IMG/VR virus record: IMGVR_UViG_3300033146_001382 | Span: 32,001-96,000 of that record | Length of the DNA: 64,000 nt | Source of the DNA: a virus | Direction: 5' to 3' (one strand) | Shown: one piece after another, positions 28,520-38,200 of the stretch | How the letters are laid out: the number at the start of each line of letters is the position of its first letter | Position numbering within the stretch: the first letter of the stretch is position 1 | The notes under the pieces: generated by a model | What the model saw: only the letters and a program-made list of their open reading frames with translations | Database searches by the model: none | What the model was told of the DNA's origin: nothing | Made by a program: the position numbers and the translations under genes

Positions 28520-30112
28520 ATGGCACGTAATAGAATAATTTATGCTTCCCAGAGTGTATGGGTAGATGGAGAGGTACTTTATAGAGTACAATCATTGGGG
28601 ACAACAACGTCATTTACGAGCGAGGATATATTTGAGCTCGGCCACCTCGATATAATTGACGTGGTAGATGATGTCCCAGCAGTAACAGTTACATTGAATA
28701 CTAATGATTTTGGGGATGTGAAAACATTCGCTAAATTAGCACAAGTGGCACCAGCAAAAATTGCTATGGATGCTACTGCTACTGTAAATAATGCCAATTT
28801 GGTCGCTGGCGCTACTTATTTACATGGAGTAGCTTTAGCCGATTTTGCAGTAACATGTGGTAATCTTACAGGGGTAACTCTGTGGGCACCAGTACAGGAT
28901 GAGTGCTCAATAGGTACTTTAGCTAATAACATAGATCAAACTTTATTTCTTGATGAAGTATATATTAATAGTTTGGAATATAGTTATACTACTGGAGCTA
29001 ATGCTACAGAGAATTATGGTGCAGAAACTGATAATAAAATGTGGTTATTGAATGATGGTAGATTTGTTAATTTTGAATCTACAATCTCAGGGTCACTTGG
29101 AGAGTTGGATGCTACTATGATTAGTGATGGTTATGTAGATCTTACTTTGGATGCTTCTGCTGAAATTGCAGAACTTTCAACTGGTCTAGGTTTCCTAAGG
29201 AAGGACGCTAATGGTGTTTCAGCGGTAACACATTATGCCACCTCTGGTGGTTCAGCTGAGAATGTAGCAATAGTTGTAGGTACTTTAGCAGCTCTAGATA
29301 CTTATGTATATCATAACACAGGTACAGAGCATCGTATTTATTTTCCTACAGGTACTAATGCTCCAGTAGCTGGGGATGTTATTCAAGCAGTATATTCTGC
29401 TGATGCCTATGCTGCAGCTATGAATGATTATTTTATTCCTCTAACAGAGGAGACTACTAGACCAGACGCAGTAGGTGCATTAAGACAGGGTCAAGTAGAG
29501 GTATATATAGTTGATCCAGACTCTAGTGCTACTGACTTTGATAATGCTTGGAGATTAACTGGTGCTACTATTTCTACTGATCTTACTCGTGAGCCACTTA
29601 CTGAGCTAGGACATTTAGGTCCTTATGATAGACCACTTACACTTCCAATTCCAATTACTATTAGTATTGATACTACTGCCGGTGATTTGGAGAACTGGGC
29701 TAAGTTTGCTGGGAAATTAACTGACTATGATGCGGAGACTATGCTATCAGTAGATCTTACAGATCTTATGACTAAAGATAACTTAACTCTCGTAGTTAAA
29801 GTTTTCGAACAGACTGATGAAGAAGCTGGTGGAGCTACTGGTGCTGGGCGTAAAGTACTGGCAGGTAGTAGTATGGTAGGTGATGAGTATTTCTCAGATG
29901 GTGCTATGGCAGTTTATACACCAGGTCAGCGTGAATATGCACTTAAGACTATAGTTGTTAAAAACCTTAAGATCACTGATGAGGGTATGACTCTCGATGT
30001 TGGATCTAATGCAACACAGACATTTGGTTTTAAATCCAATAATGACCTGTATGCAGTTAAAGGTGATGTGTCTTACGCTACTGTTCAAGCTAATATTATG
30101 CGTAATGCTTAA
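28520..30112 (+). CDS. Major tail tube protein with an internally duplicated tube domain
   Basis: YRVQSLGTTTSFTSEDIFELGHLDIIDVVDDVPAVTVTL vs WRLTGATISTDLTREPLTELGHLGPYDRPLTLPIPITISI; RBS AGGAGG; followed by a hairpin, chaperones and the TMP. Confidence 0.7.
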   Translation: MARNRIIYASQSVWVDGEVLYRVQSLGTTTSFTSEDIFELGHLDIIDVVDDVPAVTVTLNTNDFGDVKTFAKLAQVAPAKIAMDATATVNNANLVAGATYLHGVALADFAVTCGNLTGVTLWAPVQDECSIGTLANNIDQTLFLDEVYINSLEYSYTTGANATENYGAETDNKMWLLNDGRFVNFESTISGSLGELDATMISDGYVDLTLDASAEIAELSTGLGFLRKDANGVSAVTHYATSGGSAENVAIVVGTLAALDTYVYHNTGTEHRIYFPTGTNAPVAGDVIQAVYSADAYAAAMNDYFIPLTEETTRPDAVGALRQGQVEVYIVDPDSSATDFDNAWRLTGATISTDLTREPLTELGHLGPYDRPLTLPIPITISIDTTAGDLENWAKFAGKLTDYDAETMLSVDLTDLMTKDNLTLVVKVFEQTDEEAGGATGAGRKVLAGSSMVGDEYFSDGAMAVYTPGQREYALKTIVVKNLKITDEGMTLDVGSNATQTFGFKSNNDLYAVKGDVSYATVQANIMRNA

Positions 30113-30130
30113 TTATAAAAAATGAAGTAT

Positions 30131-30156
30131 TAAGGGAGGGGGAAACCCCTCCCTTA
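30131..30156 (+). terminator. Perfect 11-bp hairpin with a GAAA tetraloop after the tube gene
   Basis: taagggagggg-gaaa-cccctccctta; no U-tract follows on the + strand. Confidence 0.55.
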
Positions 30157-30189
30157 GGACCAGAATATAATTAAAGGAAGGTAAAGGCT

Positions 30190-30444
30190 ATGGAAGAAAG
30201 GTTTAAAAATAATAGTCGTAAAAAATTAGTACAGGCTATGAAAAAAGAAGTTACTAAGATGATGGAAAAGACTTTGGATTTTGCAGATGTAGCATGTCCA
30301 AAAGACAATTTTAAACAATTACGTTCAAAAATACTACGCGCAGGTAATGACTGTATGCGTAATCTTACTAAGGAATTTGATGGTTACATCATTGAGTATG
30401 ATAAACTTAATGAAGAAATAATCGAATTTAGAAATAAAGGATAA
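30190..30444 (+). CDS. Hypothetical helical protein (84 aa)
   Basis: ORF between the tube and chaperone genes. Confidence 0.65.
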   Translation: MEERFKNNSRKKLVQAMKKEVTKMMEKTLDFADVACPKDNFKQLRSKILRAGNDCMRNLTKEFDGYIIEYDKLNEEIIEFRNKG

Positions 30445-30456
30445 GGAGAAATTAAA

Positions 30457-31200
30457 ATGGTAGAAGAAATTAAAGGGTTAGAAGATGAGTTTGATGCGCG
30501 AAGAAGTTTTTCAACAGTGGAAGAAGAGATTGATTATTTTATAGGTACACCTAGTGCAGAGGATATACGTGGTGCGGATTGGCAGTATAGTAAAGTTTTT
30601 ACTAAGTGTCTAAATGAAGGTATACCAACTAGTGCTGAATTGACTGATATATTGAAACGTCGTGGAATAATTGGTGAAGATTTCGATAAACGTGCACAAG
30701 AACTATCTATTACATTAAATGAACTTATAAACCGACTAAATGAATCCGATGGTAATACTACTAAAGCTGAGTTAGCTTTGGAAGTTTCTAAGGCTAGAGA
30801 AGCCTTATTCCAATGGAATCAAAGATTAAGTGGACCAATGAGTAATACTTGTGAACAAATTGCTGATGATGCACGTTTGGAGTACTTAACAGCAAGTATT
30901 CTACAGCATAAAGATAAGTCTAAAGTATGGAATGACTATGATGAGTTTCTAAGTTCAACTGATCAGAGCCTTACTTTAAAAGCCAGATATGAAGTTATGT
31001 TATTTTTGCAAGGGTATGACTCTAATTTTCTAGAGAACACCCCAGAAGCTGTTGCTATGAAAGAGGTGGAAACTAATATAATTCAAGAAGCTGCAATAGC
31101 AGTAGAAAAGGAACAGGCAGCAAAGGCTTTAGAAGAAAAAAAGAGTGTAAAATCTAAAGTTAAATCTAAATCTAAATCAAAACCTAATAATAAAAAGTAA
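30457..31200 (+). CDS. Putative tail assembly chaperone
   Basis: Helical, acidic, located between tube and TMP; RBS AAGGAG. Confidence 0.55.
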   Translation: MVEEIKGLEDEFDARRSFSTVEEEIDYFIGTPSAEDIRGADWQYSKVFTKCLNEGIPTSAELTDILKRRGIIGEDFDKRAQELSITLNELINRLNESDGNTTKAELALEVSKAREALFQWNQRLSGPMSNTCEQIADDARLEYLTASILQHKDKSKVWNDYDEFLSSTDQSLTLKARYEVMLFLQGYDSNFLENTPEAVAMKEVETNIIQEAAIAVEKEQAAKALEEKKSVKSKVKSKSKSKPNNKK

Positions 31201-31216
31201 AAAGGTTTAATTATTT

Positions 31217-32224
31217 ATGTTATTAGAGGACTCTGAGGTTGAAAATCTAATTACTTGTATCTCTTCTGGGGTACATCTTAAAATTATTGATAATAAGTTA
31301 ATAGTATTTAAATTTCCTACGAATATAATTAAATTAGAGGCCGATGTCCGTTATGAAGATGAATATAAAAAAGCAATTGATAGTGGTTTACTAGATAGGT
31401 CCTCATTAGAAGAACTAATTAAAAAGCGAAATTTATTTACTAATGAGGATCAAAAGAAGTTAGATAGTTTAAAATCTAAGCTAGAAGCACAAAGAGTACT
31501 ACTAGCTAAGACTACCGTTGTAAAAGCAAATCAATCTAGAATTAAAGGTATAATTAATAAATTAACTTCGGATATAGCAGAAATAACTTTACAAAAGACT
31601 TCCAAGTTGATGATGTCAGCAGAAGTAAGGGCCAATGAAGAGAGGTCATTATTTTTATGCTGGAGATGCACTTTTATTAATGATAAATTAGTATGGGAAA
31701 CTTTTGAAGATTTTAAGCACTCTACTGATTTAGTATTTAGAGAGAATGTTTTAACTTATTTTTTAGATGTGAACGCCGGTTTACCGGCGGATAAATTAAG
31801 ATTCATAGCTCGCCATAATTTATGGCGAATTAGGTATGTAAATAGCCAGAAATTATCTGAAGCTTTATTTGGTGTACCTTCTGTAGAGTATACTACAGAT
31901 ATGCTAAGTTTAGCTTATTGGTCTAATTACTATGATAATATATACCAAATGATGGCTGAAGATAAACCAAGTGATTTAATCATAGAAGATGATGAGTCAT
32001 TAGATGCTTATATGAGAGCTTTTTATGAGGAAAGGACACGTGAGGACGCTGCAAGGCGAAGTAAAAGTAAGTCACCTGGTAAATTATCAGCATTTGATTC
32101 TGAGGAAGTGATAGTGACTGCTTCTAATGAATTGTATCAAGATATAGAGTATGACACCCCAAGAGAAGCTAAAAAGCTTAAAGAAAGAGCGGATATTAAA
32201 AAAAGGACAAAGAGGGCTGGATAG
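31217..32224 (+). CDS. Putative tail assembly chaperone 2
   Basis: Directly upstream of the TMP; its coiled-coil and CTEQ/CWRC-region layout resembles the previous gene; YDNIYQMMAEDKPSDLIIEDDESLDAYM is typical of pre-TMP genes in large phages. Confidence 0.5.
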   Translation: MLLEDSEVENLITCISSGVHLKIIDNKLIVFKFPTNIIKLEADVRYEDEYKKAIDSGLLDRSSLEELIKKRNLFTNEDQKKLDSLKSKLEAQRVLLAKTTVVKANQSRIKGIINKLTSDIAEITLQKTSKLMMSAEVRANEERSLFLCWRCTFINDKLVWETFEDFKHSTDLVFRENVLTYFLDVNAGLPADKLRFIARHNLWRIRYVNSQKLSEALFGVPSVEYTTDMLSLAYWSNYYDNIYQMMAEDKPSDLIIEDDESLDAYMRAFYEERTREDAARRSKSKSPGKLSAFDSEEVIVTASNELYQDIEYDTPREAKKLKERADIKKRTKRAG

Positions 32225-32289
32225 GTAATTAAGTAACTACTAAAGGTTTAAAGGGATTTCTTTCTCAAAAAAACTAGGAGGATACTAAC

Positions 32290-35200
32290 TTGGGAGAACA
32301 TATAGTAAGTCATGATATAAAAGACTCTAGAACATCAAGTAAAAGCGGAAATACACAAGGTGTTTCTGTTGTAGAATTATCTAAAACGGATAAAGCGAGT
32401 CAAAAGAAACTTAATGACGGTATAAAAGAAATTAGGTCTATTATTAAGAAACAGGCCAATGACACCGTAACTTCAAAATTATTAAGTTTAATAGAGAAAT
32501 TGATTAGTGCCACTAATCAAGGATCTAAAATAAGTAGTTCTGAATTAAAAACACTATTAAATTCTATTGTTAAGAATCAGTTTAAAGGGGGACAAGGTTC
32601 CCAGACTAAAGCTACATCTACAGCTTCTGGTGCTTTAAAGATAGACACTACTTCTATTATAAAACTTCTTACAGATAATACTAATTCAATAACTAGTGCA
32701 GTTATAAAAGCTCTAGAATCTAAGGGTATTTCTATAGATGATGCTTCTATAAAACAATTTCATAATACTATGACGTCTACTGTTAAAGATATTATACCCG
32801 CTAAATTATATTCTATAATAGGTGAACTTAATTCTACATTAGATGGAGTAGTTAAGTCCAATCAGGTAGTTGTTCAAGCCTTTAAGTCTATGAAGAAATT
32901 ACGTGCTAGTGGTGGTGAGTTAGGTGTGAGTGAAGTAATACCATTCATGAGAAATCTTGAGAAAGGATTTGTAGAAGTTAAGTCCTTAGTGTCCAAAGTA
33001 AATGGGCTTAGTTCTAGTATATCAGCTATTCCTAAAGAACTTAAAGGGGCTATGGATGGTATTAAAGATGAACTTTCTAAAATGAAAAAAAGAACCCAAA
33101 ATAGAACATATAGCGTAATTAAAGAGGTTTCAGATAGTCCAGCAAGTGCTACACAGGCTGTGGTTAAACAAGTTGCTAAGGAGTTAAGTAAGGTAGGAGA
33201 AAAAGCATCTGACCCTCAAATTAAGAAATTGATCACTAAAATAGATAAATTTTCAGGTTCTTTGGATGATTTTCCTAAATTTATAGATGCCTTAGATAAT
33301 TTTGCTAAGGCTGTGACTAATGCTAAAAGTTTAGATCCAAAAACTATTCAAAATATTTTGGCTCCTTTACAGCAAGTTTCAAAATTTGCTCCAAAGGGGC
33401 TAAAAGACGATGTATTAAGTAGTAAGCCATATAAACTTCTAATGTCTCAAATGAATAAGCTTATAGAAGTAACTAAACAAATAACTATTAAGTTTAATGT
33501 AAAAACTAATAATTTAGACAAACAAATAGATAAGGTTATTACTAAAAAAGAACGTTCTGTAGATATTACTTTAAAATCTAAGAACTCTGATACTGTTGTT
33601 AAAGAGTTAGAAGATATTTCTAAACCTAGAGAAGTTATAATTACACCTGTCATAGCTACTAAAAAAGTAGTACAATCTAGTGTTACACCTTCTAGGGCAA
33701 ATTCAAATAAAAATGTGCCTCAAAATGTATTACAGGCTAATAAAAGACAATTAGCCTGCAAAGAAAAATCAAATATATATAGTCCTGACGAAGTTAAACA
33801 ATGGTCTAATACACTGAATAGTAAAGTGGATGTATTAATAGGATCTTTAACTAAAGCAGCTAATAGCAGAGGCGCAGCAATTAATGATGCAGATTTTGTT
33901 CTACCTCCTGTAGTGGAAAGTTCAATAATTAAATTGATAGCTATCATAGATGGTATATCTAGTAGAAGAGAGAATCCTTCTGAACTTAGAAAATATATGG
34001 ATAATTTATCTGCTAATTCACGGTATACCCCCTGCATCTCCACTCAGTCAAAACGGGACATTAAAGAGGTTTATGATGTATTACACTCTGTAACTACTGA
34101 CGCTTTTAGTGACATAGTAAAGGCTTCTGAAGAGGTAGTTAAAAATTTTGAGAAACTTAAAAAATTTCCAGATCCTGTTACAAATGTAACTAAAGATACT
34201 AAACTTAGTGTTGCTAAGACTACTGAACCAGTTAAATCAATTCAACAAACTAAACCAGTTAAGTCTACAGAACCTAGTAAACCTAGTAAACCTATAAAAA
34301 CTACTAAAACTACTAAATCTACTGAGTCTAATAAAGATGCTATAGACAGTACAGCAAAGCGTAATTTAGCTCAAACAAATGGTTCTGTTATACCACGTAA
34401 ACCAGGAGCAAATGAAAATCGAGGTATACCTAGTTCTACACAACAAGATATTTATCAATATACTGAACGTAATATAGATCCTGGAACCACTACATTTACT
34501 AGTGGAGCTGATATAGGGGTAGGTGAAAAGACTAAACAAATAGTACTTGATCATGTGGCAGATTTATCAAAATCTCTTTTAGATTTACAACAATATATAG
34601 TAACTACACTTGATGAAGAATTTACTAAAGTACGAGACAAGTCTAATAAGAAGAACTGGAAGATTGTAGGTAAGACTGATACAAATCCTATTTCAGACTA
34701 TTTTAAATTAACTGAAGGGTATAATAGGAAAAAGTCTGGGAAGCAATATAGTTTTAAAATAGCTAATATTAAAGCTTTACAAGGTAAAACTGGTAGTGAT
34801 TTAGAAGATCCGACTTCTTTAATAAATAAGTTTAAAGAAGATGTATCTAAAGAGTTATTAAACGCTAATAAATTTAATTTAGCAGAATCAGTGGGTAAGT
34901 GGCTTAAACGTTTCTCTACGTCTGATATATCTAACTGGAAGGGGTTAGGCACTGATACTTCACGTAGATTAGTAGGTATCAAAACTAAACATGATTTAGG
35001 TAAAGGAACTTCCCCTTCTAAGGGTATGGTTAAGGCACTAAAAGGACTTGGTAACGATAGATTAATAAATATATTTGAAAAGACTATTAGTGAGATAGAG
35101 TCAGACCGTAGGCTTAGCGAAGAGAAATTTAAAAGGTCTCCATTACTCAGAACTATTGCTATACCTGCGGCACGTTTGACTTCCACAGGTGCTACAACTT

Positions 35201-38200
35201 TTGATACTGCTTCAGGGAGTAAACGTGTAATACCTAAATTTGCGACATATAAGACTGGTTTTGAAAATATTTTTGAGTCCTTACAAAAAACTAAATCTCT
35301 AGATATAGACAAAAGCTATGCTTCAAAGATACGTAAATTAGGAATTAGGCCTTCTGGTTCTAATTTTGAAGAAGCTAATAAGTTATCTAAATCAATGTTA
35401 ATAGATTTATCTAGTGTTAAAGATGTAGTAGATCCTGACGGTAAAAAAAGCGTAAATGCTGATGATGTGAGAGCTGACTTAGCTAAAAAGTTAGAGGCCT
35501 CGGTAGTAATAAAAGCAGGAAAATTAGCTAAAGCTAAACATGTAAATAGCCCAGAAGATATATTAAGTAAAATAGATACTAGTATTTATACTGAATTTGC
35601 TAATGGTACTAAAACTATGGAAGAATTTATAGCTGCCACTAGTGCTGCTGGGGTAGCTGCTTATGATTTAGTTAAAGGGATGGAGAGCGTTGAATTTAAA
35701 AATATTTACCAAATAATTAAAAAGTTACTGGAAGGCTCAGCAGACACCAGCACTCCTTTAAGAACATTAGGTAATAATCCCGTTTATTCTAAAAATATTC
35801 GTGATTTTGATTCAACTATTGGAAAACTTATTGGTACAATACCTATCGCTGAGGCTGCTAGGCCTAGACGGTCAACGCACCAAGAAAAAATAATAAACTT
35901 GATGAGTATGAGTACGCCTATATATAGAGAAAAAGGTGCTATAGGTCTGCAAGGTACAGAGGCTGAAGGCCAAAAACAGTTTCTTAGAGACTTAAATCTG
36001 AATCTTGCTGAGTTTGTGTCCAATACAAAAATATTAACAACTGCAGGTATGGGCAAAGATAGACTACCTTCAGATGTAAAAACTTTTTCTAGTTTAGGTA
36101 TACCTGATGGACAGGCTGGTACTATTTTAGAGTATAGGAAAGATTTTAGACATGAAGATTCAAAGTATTTAGCACCTCTTAATGCTACTAATGTAAAGCT
36201 GTATTCAGATTCATTAGCTGAGTTGTCTCCAGCAGGTGCTCAGTTTACACAGTTAGGTAGAAATACTGCTAATGTTAATAATGCTTTAGCATATAGAAGT
36301 GGAGGTGTCGGAACTGATTTTCCTAGTTTACGTTCCAATAGAGAGTCAGAGTTAATTGCTGGGGGAAGGTATGGTACTCAAGGATATGGCTTTAATGTTA
36401 CAGCTGAATTACGTAATACACCTAATACGTTCGAAGATCAAATAGTTGTATCAGGTAAATTAGCTGATGTCCTTACATCCATAACTAAAACTATAATGCA
36501 GCCAGATAAACTAGGTAGATTAGCTCTAATAGGGAGTGATGGACAAATAGCTGATACACCAGAAGGCTCTGTTAGTGATATTGTACCACAACAATTAGTA
36601 AGTGTAATTGAACAGGCTAATAGGGTATTTCAAGATGTATTAGGAATAAAACAAGAGTATAAAGGACGTGCTGAGGATGCACTAATAAAAGAGGTTACAA
36701 GCGTATTAACTACTGTAAGAGGAAAGGATGTACAGGTTCAATCAGCTAAATTAGCGGAAGTATTTTTTAATTACTATGGTAGGAAATTTACTACTAGATA
36801 TGGCTCTAAAGGTGTATCTATAACGGCTCAAGGGGGAAAAGAAGAATTAACTGGGAAGCAGCTCAATGATTTATTTGCAAATAAGAAAGTAAAAGTATTA
36901 AACCGAGAAGAGCGAGCTACTGCTGGCTTAGGAACAGCTGCACTACCTAAGAGTATGGGCCAGCTTGTGCAAGAAATATATAAAGAATACGCACAAGAGT
37001 TAGAACTTTCAAAGTCAGATTTAAAGCTTTCAAGTCAAGCACTTGTAAATAGTGGTAATAAATTTATGTTAAGTATGTTCTCTGATGCCTCTTATGGGGT
37101 TGTGTCTGATGAATTAGATCTTACAGAGCAAAATAGTTTATTTGAGGAAACAAAAAAAGCCCTAGCTAAATTAGATTTAGATTTAGCTAAGGATATTAAA
37201 GGTATAGAGGGATTAAAAGAATTTTATTCTAATATGTCTGGGGCGCAGTTGTACACTGAAAAACCTATAGACATTAGAATTAGTTCACATGGTATTGCTA
37301 AACGTGGGCTTCAAGGTGAGAACATCGAAGCCATTATGAATAATGTTATTAATTCTGGTGAAGAAGAACATACTTCTTTAGTAACTAAATTCTCACCTAC
37401 TGCATATAGGCATTTGTTAGGTACATCTACTGATACCTCTGGCAAGTTCCCAAGTTTAAATGAGTTGAGTAAGGCTCTAGGTTTTGAGAGTCAGGCAAAA
37501 GGTAAAGACAGGGCTACAGTTGTAGAAGATATGATGAAGCTACTTAAATCTAGGCATATTAAAGGTTCTTCTGAGGAACTAACAACACAAGCTAATAAGT
37601 TGGCAGATTTAGAAATAAATTCTAATTTTTATAGTAGTATACGGGATGAGTTTGGTGAAAGTAGAAAAAGTTTGGTGGGCTCAAAATTTGTAGAACTAAT
37701 AGAAGAGCCTCATGCAAATCCAGCATGGAGTGAGACTGATATAAAGAAGCAGGTAGCAGGCCAACGTTTAAATATACCTGCATTTGGGGCTTATGCTACA
37801 GTATTTGGAGAGCAATCAAAGTTTATAAAGCAGTTAACTTCGGATGTACCATTAGAGGCTAAAAAACATTGGGAGTATTTAAAAGCCCTTCAAGTGTTAA
37901 ATACTGACAGTTCAGATATGGTAGATAGCCTTATGGCATCTGCACAGGTAGTAGATGTGTCAGATTTACGTAGTTTTACTAAGTCTACAGGTAAATTTAT
38001 ACCAGCATCACAGATGGTTAATATTGATTCAATGTCAGAAGAGGAAGCAGGTAGGGTGATGAATAACTCCATCTTAGACACTGCTAAATATCCTGGCCCG
38101 ATGAATTTACAAATTCCAAATACTAAAGACCCATCTAAACGTGAGTCATTTTACGTCCCTGGGGCTCTTGCTAGAGTTACTTATCCAGAACCTAATATAG

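Noticed and set aside
28520-30112. Tail sheath assignment for the 530-aa protein, suggested by its size
   Set aside because: No sheath-type motifs were recognised, there is no separate small tube gene after it, and it has two tube-like repeats.
31180-31220. Lambda G/GT-style programmed frameshift between the two chaperone genes
   Set aside because: The end of the first gene (AAT AAA AAG TAA) is not a full slippery heptamer, the -1 frame stops within about ten codons, and the next gene's frame has a TAA at 31208-31210 just before its ATG.
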